DNA of 63,992 nt, counting the filler, from Gemmatimonadota bacterium (lineage in GTDB: Bacteria > 4572-55 > J002), in NCBI GenBank assembly GCA_003697105.1. It is 6 parts of 6 records of this genome, joined end to end, with 100 filler letters (N's around TTAATTAATTAA, not from the genome) between each part and the next. Parts side by side here need not be neighbours in the genome. Positions count along the whole stretch, not along the records: positions 1 to 14,447 come from RFFQ01000021.1; 5 more parts are not named here. The stretch is one strand, 5' to 3'. The notes under the pieces are model-generated. The model had not been told where the DNA came from. It was given only the letters and a program-made list of their open reading frames with translations, and did no database searches. Every line of letters starts with the position of its first letter. The first letter of the stretch is position 1. Shown in pieces: positions 1 through 10,283 of the stretch. The position numbers were made by a program, and so were the translations under genes.

Positions 1-138
1 CAGCGTGATGCCTACTCTTTTTGCTTTATATTTCATTAGGATAACCTCTTGCTAATTTGGTTAGTATGAAAAGGGTTATCCCATTATTTAACACAAAAAT
101 ACTGACCTAAAAAGAAAATTCTCACAGGTCAGGTGATA
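1..138 (-). mobile_element. Left end of a putative insertion sequence: terminal IR (115-138) and start of a probable transposase ORF (ATG at 36, running off the window)
   Basis: AAAATTCTCACAGGTCAGGTGATA (115-138) matches the reverse complement of 14342-14365 at 23/24 nt, and the match stops right after TA. The minus-strand ORF MKYKAKRVGITL has a GAGG RBS inside the hairpin GGATAACC(39-46)/GGTTATCC(74-81). Confidence 0.55.
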
Positions 139-170
139 AGACACATATAGCCCTATAACCGTCAGGATAT

Positions 171-2135
171 TTAAATACTCGCTTTGATAGCGTCCACCGT
201 CTCCGGGTTTTCCAGACTACTGACATCCCCGGGGTTCTCCCCGAGATAGGTTGCGCGAATGACTCGCCGCATGACTTTAGCGTTACGGGTTTTGGGAAGG
301 GCGGTGGTAAAACGGATTTCCTTCGGTTTGAGCGGTTTACCTAACTGATCAATCACTCGTTGCATCAATTCCGTGCGGAGTTCATCCGTGACTGGGACGC
401 CGGGTTTAAGGACACAGAACGCCACGACTTCGTTATCTTTTATCGGATGGGGTACGGCAATTGCCGCCGATTCCGTCACGGACGGATGCCCGTTGAGGAT
501 CGCCTCTACTTCTGCCGGACCCAGCCGCTTACCCGCCACTTTGATCGTGTCATCGCTTCGACCCAAAATGTACCATAAGCCATCCTCGTCAATCGCCGCA
601 TAATCCCCGTGTTTCCAGATATTCTCAAAGTCGCTCCAGTACGTATCCAAATAGCGTTGGTTATCTTGCCAGAAGCCGCGCGTCATGCCGATCCACGGTT
701 GGCGGATGACAAGTTCGCCCACTTCTCCGCGGACGGGTTCTCCTGCCTCATTAACCACATCTGCCGCCATCCCGACGACCGCTCCCGAAAAAGCACAGGG
801 TTTAAGGGGTTGGAAGAAGTTGCCGCACAAAATCCCACCACTGATTTCGGTGCCGCCAGAGTAGTTCAGAATGGGTTTTTCACGGTTGAGGACATTTTCA
901 AACACCCATAACCACGATTCCGGGTCCCACGGGCTACCGGTTGACCCTACTGCTCGCAACGATGAGAGATCATGTTTTTGAATGGGAGCGAGTCCATGCG
1001 GTTTCAAGGCACGGATTAGGGTGGGAGAGATGCCTAAATGGGTGACGCGATGATCCTCAACCAGTTTCCATAGCCGGTTTACATCGGGGTAATCGGGAGC
1101 GCCATCAAAAAAGAGCATGGTTGCTCCAATCAGCAGCGTGCCGAACACCTCCCAGGGACCCATCATCCAGCCCATGTCGGACATCCAGTACATGGTATCA
1201 TCCGGTTTTACATCCATCGGGTGGTACATATCCTGTGCCCCCTTAATGGGGAAGCCGCAGTGGGTATGTACAGCACCTTTTGGCCGGCCGGTCGTCCCGC
1301 TGGTGTAGATGATCATCATCACATCTTCTGCATGGGTTTTTTCGGTCTCGGCGATGGGAGATTGCCCCGGAACCAATTCATGCCACCAGTGATCCCGCCC
1401 TGCCGTCCACGGGACCTCTTCTAAATTCACCCGGTTGACCACGATCAGATGTTCCACGGTGGGGCACTCCTGTATTGCTTCATCTGCCACAATTTTCATC
1501 GGAACTTTTTTACCCCGCCGGTATGCCCCATCAACAGTAAAAATGGCTTTGGCACGGGCATCTTTCAGGCGGGTGGCGACGGCACCGGCACCGTAACCGC
1601 TAAACAACGGTAGGATGACCCCGCCTATTTTGATGATTGCCAAAAATGCTACGGCTAATTCCGGGATCATCGGCATGTATAGCCCGACCGGGTCCCCTTT
1701 GCCCAAGCCTAGTTGCCGCAAGGCATTGGCACATCGGCAGACCTCCTCGTGTAGATCGCCGTAGGTCATGACCTTAACATGACCTTCTTCACTTTCATAC
1801 CGTAAGGCAACATTATCGCGTGTTTCTTTGGTTTGCCACTTATCTAGGCAATTATGGACAATATTCATTTTGCCGCCCACACACCATTTCGGAAATTGGA
1901 TTCCGTCGCTCACATCGACAATTTGGCGGTACGGTTCGTAAAACTGAATATCGAGGTCTTCCATCACGGCATCCCAGAACCACGCAATGTCTTCGGTTGA
2001 TTTTTTAAGCAGGGCTTCGTAATTCAAGATGTCGTGGCGTTCCATGAACGCCCTCAGGTTGCTTTCCTCAATCCACTGGGGATTCGGTTGCCAGACAATC
2101 TGCTGTCCAAAGGGAAAGGTTTTGTTTTCAGGCAT
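171..2135 (-). CDS. AMP-forming acyl-CoA synthetase (acetate-CoA ligase family)
   Basis: YTSGTTGRPKG AMP-binding motif, GRSDDTIKVAGKRLG and LPKTRNAKVMRR; AGGAGGAG RBS upstream. Confidence 0.9.
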   Translation of the reverse strand: MPENKTFPFGQQIVWQPNPQWIEESNLRAFMERHDILNYEALLKKSTEDIAWFWDAVMEDLDIQFYEPYRQIVDVSDGIQFPKWCVGGKMNIVHNCLDKWQTKETRDNVALRYESEEGHVKVMTYGDLHEEVCRCANALRQLGLGKGDPVGLYMPMIPELAVAFLAIIKIGGVILPLFSGYGAGAVATRLKDARAKAIFTVDGAYRRGKKVPMKIVADEAIQECPTVEHLIVVNRVNLEEVPWTAGRDHWWHELVPGQSPIAETEKTHAEDVMMIIYTSGTTGRPKGAVHTHCGFPIKGAQDMYHPMDVKPDDTMYWMSDMGWMMGPWEVFGTLLIGATMLFFDGAPDYPDVNRLWKLVEDHRVTHLGISPTLIRALKPHGLAPIQKHDLSSLRAVGSTGSPWDPESWLWVFENVLNREKPILNYSGGTEISGGILCGNFFQPLKPCAFSGAVVGMAADVVNEAGEPVRGEVGELVIRQPWIGMTRGFWQDNQRYLDTYWSDFENIWKHGDYAAIDEDGLWYILGRSDDTIKVAGKRLGPAEVEAILNGHPSVTESAAIAVPHPIKDNEVVAFCVLKPGVPVTDELRTELMQRVIDQLGKPLKPKEIRFTTALPKTRNAKVMRRVIRATYLGENPGDVSSLENPETVDAIKASI

Positions 2136-2226
2136 ATACTTCTCCTCCTTATTTCAATGTTTACGCATTTTTTTGTCTAAAAATGAAGTTTGGACACAAC
2201 ACATTATACCTAACGGGTTCGCCGTA

Positions 2227-4752
2227 TTAAGCGGGTTGTAATGGGTGGGTATCGGTGTTTTTAGTTCGGGTACTGTGGTGGATGGGATATTTCGGCAATT
2301 CGACAATAAAGGTGGCGCCTTTGTCTTTGCCTTCGCTTTCTGCCCAGACCTTACCGTGCAATTCCTCTACTAATTTTTTCACAATTGATAAACCCAACCC
2401 GGTGGAAGGTTCTCCAGCGGTGGGTTTGGCACTCAATTTTTGGAATTTTTGAAATAATTTGGCTTTATCAGCTTCGGTGAGTCCTTGTCCTTCATCTTTG
2501 ATGCGGATTCGGATGTGATCCGGAAGTTCGGTACTCCAAATAGTAATGTTGCGCCCCGGTGGCGAAAATTTAATGGCATTGGAAATCAGGTTGTCGAAAA
2601 TTTGGGTACATATTTGTTCATCCGCAATAATCTCACACGGGGTGTCATTGATGTGATGAATCTGGATTTGCTTGCGATTACAGGTCAGTTGATAATTGGA
2701 GATCAGCCGCTCTATTATGGTGGTTAGAACGAAAGGCTTCTGCTGGGCAACTAGCCGGGCACTTTCAATTTGATTTTTTTCCAACTTATTGATAATCAAG
2801 CTCATTCTTTTGACCATCCGGTCAATGGTTTGGAAGAGTTTGCCCAGTTTGCTGTTTTCATCCGGGGAGATCAGCAGGGCAATGACTTCGACACTGGTGG
2901 CGATTGCCGTTAATGGATTTTTCAAATCGTGCGCGACGATGCTCATCAATTCACTTTTTTCTTCATTTGCTTGCTGGAGTTCGGCAGTGCGTTGGATGAT
3001 CATATCTTCGAGGTGTTCTTGGTACTCTTGCAATGCCTGTTCTGCTTGTTTGCGGTCGGTAATATCGTGGACAATGGAATACAGCAATGTTCGCCCGTCG
3101 ATCTCGACTGGACCTGAATAGACCTCTACCTCCCGGATTTCCCCAGAAGCCAGTTTATGTTGAGAGTGCAAGTTCAACTGTGATTTCGTGGTGGCGCGTT
3201 TCAATTCGGCTTTTACCTCTGCTTCCGGTAGCTGGTTAATTTCCATAATGGTCATGGAGGTAAGTGTGGGCAGATCATAGCCATAAAATTCCTGTGCGGC
3301 TTGGTTGGCTTCCACAATTCGCCCATCTACCGGGTCAATAATTAATTTTACCGCTTGATTGGTTTCAAACATCTGGCGATAGCGGAGTTCACTGGCTCTT
3401 AGGGCACGTTCCACCCGGGTGCGCTCAATTTCACTACCGATATGCGCCGCAAATAGCTCAAATAAGGAGGTAATGAAACCGGTTTCTTCAATGGGGGAAG
3501 TAAACAAGGCAACTAAAATACCCAGTGGTTCTCTTTTCTTGCTAAAAACGGGGGTACCGACGTAGGCTTCGATTCCCTTTTGCTGGAGTAGCACATCTTG
3601 GGGGAAGAGACACGTCACATCATGGGAATAGACACAGGTGGTCTGTGTGACGACTTCTTGGCACGGTGTGCCTTCCAGTTGGTATTGAATATTATCTTGT
3701 ATTTGTCCCTGATGGCAAAGGGCGATGGTTTCAATAACGTTTTTACCGGTTGTTATCCCAACAAACGTATAATCGGCTTGGATCAGGTCGTTGAGGACAC
3801 AGGTCATTTTTTTGAAGTAGTTCTCACCGGTTAGATTTGCCGTTTCGGTAATAATCCGGCGGATGGCTTGTTCCTGTTGGGTTAATTGGTGTTCGATACG
3901 CTTTTGCTGGGTAATATCGCGTCCGAATACCGAGACGCCGGCGATGGTATCTTCGTTCCGAATCGGGTTTAGGGCAATTTCCAAATAGTAGGTTTGGTGA
4001 TTGTCGGTAACACGCCATTCTGTGGTAAAATGTTCTCCGGCAAGTGCCCGGTGAATATTCCGTTCCCAATCCGAGGCGAAGGGTGCCGGCAAGATTTCCG
4101 GAAGCGGTGTGCCGGGTTCAACCGTGATGTTCATCAGGCGTTTAAAGAGTGTTTTTCCGGCGGAATTGATGGTGATCACCCGGTACGTGGGATCGATGGA
4201 GAGAATCAAGTCAGAGGTATTTTCATAAATAGCTAACAGATTATTTTCCGATTCTCTTAAAATCTGTTCCGTTTTGTGTTTTTCAGCAATTTCGCGTTGG
4301 AGTTCTGCGGTACGCTGGTTGATTTGGGCTTCCAACGTTTGATTCAGGTGTTGCAGTTCCTGTTGTAAGCGGTGGATCGCGATGTGGGTTTTGATTCGTG
4401 CCAGTAACTCCGCAGTTTCAATGGGTTTGGTGATGTAATCCACCGCGCCGAGTTCAAACGCCTTGACCTTATCAAACGGCTCGACAACGGCGGACATAAA
4501 ACAGACTGGAATCTCTTTTAGGTGGTCATGGGCTTTCAGACGGCGGCAGGTTTCATACCCGTCGATTCCGGGCATTAAGATGTCCAGCAGAATTAAATCC
4601 GGTAAAACGCGGGTGGCGATCTCAATCCCCATTTCGCCGTGGGTGGCTATAAATACTTTATAGCCGGCATCACTGAGGAGGGTTCGCACCATCTCGATGA
4701 TAGTTTGGGTATCTTCAATTAGCAATATTTTTGCGGGGGTTGTTTTATCCAT
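2227..4752 (-). CDS. Hybrid sensor histidine kinase (REC-PAS-GAF-PAS-HisKA-HATPase)
   Basis: N-terminal receiver (LILLDILMPGIDG), PAS ends (RDITQQK, HDITDRK), H-box VAHDLKNPL, N-box NLISNAIKF, G2 box STGLGL. Confidence 0.92.
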   Translation of the reverse strand: MDKTTPAKILLIEDTQTIIEMVRTLLSDAGYKVFIATHGEMGIEIATRVLPDLILLDILMPGIDGYETCRRLKAHDHLKEIPVCFMSAVVEPFDKVKAFELGAVDYITKPIETAELLARIKTHIAIHRLQQELQHLNQTLEAQINQRTAELQREIAEKHKTEQILRESENNLLAIYENTSDLILSIDPTYRVITINSAGKTLFKRLMNITVEPGTPLPEILPAPFASDWERNIHRALAGEHFTTEWRVTDNHQTYYLEIALNPIRNEDTIAGVSVFGRDITQQKRIEHQLTQQEQAIRRIITETANLTGENYFKKMTCVLNDLIQADYTFVGITTGKNVIETIALCHQGQIQDNIQYQLEGTPCQEVVTQTTCVYSHDVTCLFPQDVLLQQKGIEAYVGTPVFSKKREPLGILVALFTSPIEETGFITSLFELFAAHIGSEIERTRVERALRASELRYRQMFETNQAVKLIIDPVDGRIVEANQAAQEFYGYDLPTLTSMTIMEINQLPEAEVKAELKRATTKSQLNLHSQHKLASGEIREVEVYSGPVEIDGRTLLYSIVHDITDRKQAEQALQEYQEHLEDMIIQRTAELQQANEEKSELMSIVAHDLKNPLTAIATSVEVIALLISPDENSKLGKLFQTIDRMVKRMSLIINKLEKNQIESARLVAQQKPFVLTTIIERLISNYQLTCNRKQIQIHHINDTPCEIIADEQICTQIFDNLISNAIKFSPPGRNITIWSTELPDHIRIRIKDEGQGLTEADKAKLFQKFQKLSAKPTAGEPSTGLGLSIVKKLVEELHGKVWAESEGKDKGATFIVELPKYPIHHSTRTKNTDTHPLQPA

Positions 4753-7700
4753 CGGGAGGTTCCTTTGCTTTCAGTTCCGCTAGATACTCTAGGATACCAC
4801 GAGAATCATATCGCCTGATCAACTTTTTCAGACGTTTGAAGACTTTATCGTATTGGGGGTTAGATGTCAATTGTTTTTCAATGATCATTTCGATTTGGTC
4901 GTAGTCTCCAAGGGTGGTGGCATCCTCGATGGCATTCAGAATGGGTGAGGGTGGGATACTAAATGTCATCGGCGAAGCGTTGCGGGTACTCTCCGGCGGT
5001 TGCTCTTTCAATTTCCATTTTAGGTGAAGGCGCGTGCCGATGACCTTGAGGAGTTTCTCATGTTCGATCGGTTTCGGCAAGAATTCATCGCACATGTGGA
5101 TAAAATCTGGCTGGTCTTCCTGACTCGTGGTCGATGCTGAGATGCCCACAATGGGGATATGCTGGTAAGCGTCTTCTTTTCGTAGATGTTTAATAAACGT
5201 AACGCCATCCATCACAGCCATCACGCGGTCTAACAAGATTATGTCAGGCAGTTTGTGGCGGACACATTCCAGACCGACCTTGCCATTTTCCGCGAGTTCC
5301 ACGCTGAACCCCAATGGGGTGAGCAATGTTTGTAAAAGAGCACCGTTGGTCGGGTTATCGTCGATAACCAGCACGTGCCGTTTTTCACCCTCATATCCGG
5401 TAATTAGGGGGTAGTCACCAAATTGGCGAAGCACTGTCTTCTCTGTTGAGAGTGGTAAGGGCAAGGTAATCCGAAAACAACTTCCTTTCCCCGCGGTGCT
5501 TTCAACCGTAATTGTGCCGTTCATCAGTTCGATGAGTTTTTGAGTAATGGCTAAACCCAAGCCGGTACCGGTCTGGTACCTCCCCCCCTGATGTAATTGG
5601 GTGAACGGCTTAAATATGTCATTTAAGCGGTGTTCTGGGATACCGGCGCCGGTATCGTTCACCTCGAATCGGAAGCGTTCCGTTTCGGGATCATAATCTG
5701 TGCGCAAAATGATCTGTCCCTGAGTTGTATATTTTACGGCGTTATTGGTTAGATTGATCAGCACCTGTTTTACTTTTTGTTCATCTCCATAAACCGCTTC
5801 CGGTAGGGGCGTGTGGCTTTCTAAAACCATGATCACGTCTTTTTTTTCAGCACTGATTTTATTGATATTGTAAACAAAATAGACCGTTTGGCGCAGATCA
5901 AATGTGATGGGATGAAGTTTTAATTTTTGCGCTTCGATCTTGCTCATATCCAAAATATCTTCAATTAGCGAGAGCAAGTGTTTACCGCTATTGAAGATAA
6001 TTTCGAGGTATCGTTGTTGCTCGGCAGAGAGGTTCGGCTGGATTTTGAGGATTTGAGAAAAGCCCAAAATGGCATTGAGCGGTGTACGTAGTTCGTGGCT
6101 CATATGGGTTAAAAATTCACTTTTAGTTTTATTAGCGGTTTCCGCGGCTTCTTTTGCCAGTTCCAATTTTTCTTCGATCTGCCGCCGTACCCGAATTTCC
6201 CTTGCCAATCGGCGGTTCCAAAAAAGAGTAATCAGGATGATCATACCCATGACTCCCGCGGTAATCGAGAGCCACGTCCAGACGATACGCCAGTTTACGG
6301 TTTGTTCATACCGGATGGTCATCCACTTGTTGAGTAATTCGTCTCGTTCTTCCGGTGAAATCGAGCGAATGGTTTTATTCAATAGTGTAATTAAAGGTTG
6401 CCAATCCGGACGAATCCCCAGCCGCATCCATTCGTCGGTATGGTTGGCGGGTGCCGCTATTTTCAGATTGATAATTCGTTCTCGATTAATGGCATATGCG
6501 GCGGTGAGTGTTTCACCGACATAAGCGTCTGCCCGACCCAGGGCAACAGTTTGCAACGCCTGAGACACACTCTTTGCCGGTACGAGTTCGATTTCAGGGT
6601 GATTGTGTTCCAAATAGTGATGAATCTTGACATCTTGAACCACAGAAACGCGTTTGCCGTGCAACGATTTTATCCCCTGAATAAAGGGGGTATGTTGCGG
6701 CATAATAATGACGTATTGGAGGCGGAATAAGCCTTCGGTAAAGTGACAGTATTTGTTTCGATCCGGAGATTCAAAGCCAAAAAAGAGGTCAATCTCCCCG
6801 TTTTGGATAGCAGTGAGGATGTCGGGCCAGGCAAGTTGCACCGGTTCAAAGTGGATTCCCAGCCGCTCTGTGAATAATTGGAGATAATCAAAAAACAATC
6901 CAACCGGTTGCCCGTTGCTATCGATATACGCCATTGGCGGCATATTGGAGGGTACGCCGACGCGGACCACCGGATGGGCTAATCGCCAATCTTTTTCTTG
7001 GGGGGATAACTCCATCTCTTTCAGGTGGAGAATATCGGGAAAGTGTGCCCCCCATTTTTCTAAAATAGCGTTCCGCTCCTGTAATGAGATTTCATTTAAG
7101 GCTTTATTGATGATAGATTGAAGTTCTGGCCAATCCTTACGAATGGAATAGAGGATTTTTACCTCTCTCTCGGGGATCACAAACGCGATATCAATGGTGC
7201 TGACCATCTGTTCTAACGCCGACATGTAGAGATTGAGACCGCCAATCGCCGCATCGACCCCTCCATTGAGGAGCAGGGGTAGGATGTGTTCAGTTTGCTC
7301 AACCGGCACCGGGATGACCCCGGGGATCGATTCTAGCAGTTTCTCTTCGGCTCGATTTCCCTTCAGGACGGCCACTCTTTTGCCGGTGAGGTCGTCCATC
7401 GTATTGAACAGGGCTCGATTCCCTTCGCGGCAATAAATATATTTATAAACGCTGTAGAGGCTATTGGTAAACCGGAAGTAGGCTTCATGTTCTTTGTGGT
7501 AGGTGGAGAGTGCCAAGCCATCGATTTGCCGGCGTTTTGCTTTTTCGACGATGTCTGCCCAATTTCCCAGTTGTATCGTGATGTTTGCTCCGGTCAATTG
7601 GTTGATTTTGGCAATCAGGTCGGCTTCCACACCCACAACGGTGCCACTATCTTGCGGGATCACGTAAGGTGCCCAGCCTTTGTCACAACCGAACACAATT

Positions 7701-8578
7701 TGAGGATGGCTGGCTAACCAAGCTTGCTCGGTGTCGGTGAGTACCGGCCGGCTTTCCGGATGGTCTAAATGGCTGCGGAACGCCGTGCGCAATTTTTCCC
7801 ATTCTGTTTCGGGAATGGCGGCGAGGGCTTTTTCGACGGCGGAATGCAACAAGGGTAGATCGGCCCGTATCCCAAAACGAAACTCGAGTTCACCCATCTC
7901 TTCGGGAGGCAGCTCACCCCGAATTTCGAGGTCACTGACCATCTTTTGGCGCAGATAGTAACCCGCATGGACGACATTATCGATGTAATAATCGGCGTCG
8001 TCGGCTCGTAATGCCCGGTATGCCTCATCAATGCCATTAACCAACCGGATGTTCAAGTTGGGATAGCGCTGTTGAATGGTGCGGGTTTGTAAAAAACCGG
8101 AGACGAGTACCAGTCGTTTATCTTGTAAATCCTGAATTGTCCGAATGGCCGGTTGATCTACCCCCCCCACCGCTACAAACGGAACGGTTAAAACCGGTTT
8201 AGTGGGCAAGACAAAATCTCGACCCGCCACATGGGAATAATTGTTGAGCAAATCGACTTCGTGCCGTTCCAGAGCTTGTAACGATGTTTCGTACGTTAAG
8301 CCATGTATGCGTTTGACGTTAATCTCCAGCATGGTGGCAACCCGTTCCCACAGGTCATTTAAATAGCCCATCGGTACGTCATCTTTGACAAAGGTCAGCG
8401 GGGGTTGGTGGTCGATCAACGGCACCCGAATGAGGGGTTGGGTTTTCAGAAAAGCTTTTTCCGACGGCGTCAGGTGGAGTTGAGCGGTCTCTTCTGCTAC
8501 GGCACTGCCGCACATGATAGACATCCCGATGATCACCCATCCCCATAAAAGGATATGCTGGAGCCTTCTATTCCGCAT
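4745..8578 (-). CDS. BvgS/EvgS-like hybrid sensor kinase with three periplasmic solute-binding domains, TM, HisKA, HATPase and REC
   Basis: Signal-peptide-like N-terminus from ATG 8578 (AGGAG RBS), three repeated PBP domains, TM (WTWLSITAGVMGMIILITLFW), MSHELRTPLN, GTGLGL, C-terminal receiver. Confidence 0.9.
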   Translation of the reverse strand: MRNRRLQHILLWGWVIIGMSIMCGSAVAEETAQLHLTPSEKAFLKTQPLIRVPLIDHQPPLTFVKDDVPMGYLNDLWERVATMLEINVKRIHGLTYETSLQALERHEVDLLNNYSHVAGRDFVLPTKPVLTVPFVAVGGVDQPAIRTIQDLQDKRLVLVSGFLQTRTIQQRYPNLNIRLVNGIDEAYRALRADDADYYIDNVVHAGYYLRQKMVSDLEIRGELPPEEMGELEFRFGIRADLPLLHSAVEKALAAIPETEWEKLRTAFRSHLDHPESRPVLTDTEQAWLASHPQIVFGCDKGWAPYVIPQDSGTVVGVEADLIAKINQLTGANITIQLGNWADIVEKAKRRQIDGLALSTYHKEHEAYFRFTNSLYSVYKYIYCREGNRALFNTMDDLTGKRVAVLKGNRAEEKLLESIPGVIPVPVEQTEHILPLLLNGGVDAAIGGLNLYMSALEQMVSTIDIAFVIPEREVKILYSIRKDWPELQSIINKALNEISLQERNAILEKWGAHFPDILHLKEMELSPQEKDWRLAHPVVRVGVPSNMPPMAYIDSNGQPVGLFFDYLQLFTERLGIHFEPVQLAWPDILTAIQNGEIDLFFGFESPDRNKYCHFTEGLFRLQYVIIMPQHTPFIQGIKSLHGKRVSVVQDVKIHHYLEHNHPEIELVPAKSVSQALQTVALGRADAYVGETLTAAYAINRERIINLKIAAPANHTDEWMRLGIRPDWQPLITLLNKTIRSISPEERDELLNKWMTIRYEQTVNWRIVWTWLSITAGVMGMIILITLFWNRRLAREIRVRRQIEEKLELAKEAAETANKTKSEFLTHMSHELRTPLNAILGFSQILKIQPNLSAEQQRYLEIIFNSGKHLLSLIEDILDMSKIEAQKLKLHPITFDLRQTVYFVYNINKISAEKKDVIMVLESHTPLPEAVYGDEQKVKQVLINLTNNAVKYTTQGQIILRTDYDPETERFRFEVNDTGAGIPEHRLNDIFKPFTQLHQGGRYQTGTGLGLAITQKLIELMNGTITVESTAGKGSCFRITLPLPLSTEKTVLRQFGDYPLITGYEGEKRHVLVIDDNPTNGALLQTLLTPLGFSVELAENGKVGLECVRHKLPDIILLDRVMAVMDGVTFIKHLRKEDAYQHIPIVGISASTTSQEDQPDFIHMCDEFLPKPIEHEKLLKVIGTRLHLKWKLKEQPPESTRNASPMTFSIPPSPILNAIEDATTLGDYDQIEMIIEKQLTSNPQYDKVFKRLKKLIRRYDSRGILEYLAELKAKEPPDG

Positions 8579-10283
8579 GACCATCTCCTGAGCGCGGTAA
8601 TTCCACGATAAACGTACTGCCTTTATTTTTACCTTCGCTTTCTGCCCAGACCTGACCATTCATTATCTCGACCAGCTTTTTCACAATGGATAAACCCAAT
8701 CCGGTGGAATATTCCCCGCCGGTGGGTTTGGCACTCAGTTTTTGGAATTTCCGGAACAGCTTGCTTCGGTCGTCTTTTGTTAAACCTTGCCCCTGATCCT
8801 GAACTTCCAAGCGGATCCGGTGACCCCTTTCCAGCAATCGCACATACACCCGCCGCTCGGGGTGAGAATACTTAATGGCATTTGAGATCAGGTTGTCCGC
8901 AATATGGCGGAACGCTTCTAGGTCAGCATATACTGCCAGCGGGGTTGGAGGGGGGTTGTATTGAAGGGTAATGGCTTTTGCTTTGGCTCGTTGTTGGTGA
9001 TTGCAGAGGATGTCCTGTAAAAGGGGGTCTGGATCAAAATAAATCGGAGTGACCTTTAAATATCCGGTATCAATCTGGTTGGCATCGAGTAACTTTGTGA
9101 TCATCTTGAGCATCCATTCACTGTTGTTCTGAATCCCCTCCATAAACCGCAACCGGGTATCCGGTGTTAATTTATCTTCTTCTTGTAGCAAGAGCTTGAT
9201 TGCGCTAATAATACCGGTTAATGGGTTTTTTAGATCATGGGAGACAATGCCCATGAGTTCGGTTTTTTCGCGGTTGAGTTCTTGGAGTTGTTGCACCAAC
9301 CGGGCTAATTCGATATTTTTTTGCCGGTAGATTTCGGCTTCCCGTGCCTTTTGCTCGCTCTCGTATTTGGTTTTTAGCTCCGCGATTTGCTGGTTCATTT
9401 CCAGATTGAATTGTTTCGTATTTAGCTGTTGAAGATGTTCCAAACATTCAAAAGCATTTTGATAATCCTGTTGCCGCTGGTAAAGTTGGACCAAGTGTTT
9501 ATAGGCATCTATTTCGAGGGATTTTACACCGGTGGTTTGGCTGATCTCAAGGGCTTTACGGATGTATGTTTCTGCTTCCTTAAATTTTCCTTGACGTATC
9601 CGGATTTCGCCGAGGGTATTCCATGCCAGCCCGAGGGAGTGGAGGTCACCGAGTTGCTGAAATTGGGCGGCGGCTTGCTGGGTTGTAAGACAGGCTTCTT
9701 CCAACTGGTTTCGGGCGAGCTGGATGATGCCGATGTTCAAATGGATGCCGGCAACGGCAGACCAATCGCTAAACTTTTTTTTCAGGGCTAACGCTTGTTG
9801 GTAGTATGTTAATGCGTGTTCTGGGTCTCCTTTTTTATCCGCAAGAACGCCTAAATTTAGATACACATAACTGGCTAAGTTTTCATCATTAATGGTACGG
9901 GCATCTTCTAAACTTTGCAAGAAATACGGTTCTGCATTTTGCAACTCATTGCGTTCCAAAAACATCAAGCCGATATTCATACGGGTTCTAGCGGCGTTGG
10001 TAGTATCCTGTTCTGCGTCAAAATGTTCCAACGCTTGGATCAGCGCGTTTAAGGACTGAGCGTATTCACCCAATTTCATGTGGATTATTCCGAAATACAA
10101 GTAACATTTTCCTACATGAGTACCCTGTTTCTGTGCTAGAGTTAAGGCTTCTGTTACATATTGTTGGGCACGAGGAGTGTCGATGCCTGTAGTGGCTTTG
10201 GCGAGTTCCAACAAGCAAGAGATTCGTTCTGAACCGGTTGCGGTTGCTAATTGGGCTTTTAGGGAATGAATGTTAGATTCCAT
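8568..10283 (-). CDS. Cytoplasmic TPR-repeat sensor histidine kinase
   Basis: Multiple TPR repeats, VSHDLKNPL H-box, NLISNAIKY, STGLGL; no signal peptide or TM segment visible. Confidence 0.9.
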   Translation of the reverse strand: MESNIHSLKAQLATATGSERISCLLELAKATTGIDTPRAQQYVTEALTLAQKQGTHVGKCYLYFGIIHMKLGEYAQSLNALIQALEHFDAEQDTTNAARTRMNIGLMFLERNELQNAEPYFLQSLEDARTINDENLASYVYLNLGVLADKKGDPEHALTYYQQALALKKKFSDWSAVAGIHLNIGIIQLARNQLEEACLTTQQAAAQFQQLGDLHSLGLAWNTLGEIRIRQGKFKEAETYIRKALEISQTTGVKSLEIDAYKHLVQLYQRQQDYQNAFECLEHLQQLNTKQFNLEMNQQIAELKTKYESEQKAREAEIYRQKNIELARLVQQLQELNREKTELMGIVSHDLKNPLTGIISAIKLLLQEEDKLTPDTRLRFMEGIQNNSEWMLKMITKLLDANQIDTGYLKVTPIYFDPDPLLQDILCNHQQRAKAKAITLQYNPPPTPLAVYADLEAFRHIADNLISNAIKYSHPERRVYVRLLERGHRIRLEVQDQGQGLTKDDRSKLFRKFQKLSAKPTGGEYSTGLGLSIVKKLVEIMNGQVWAESEGKNKGSTFIVELPRSGDGHAE

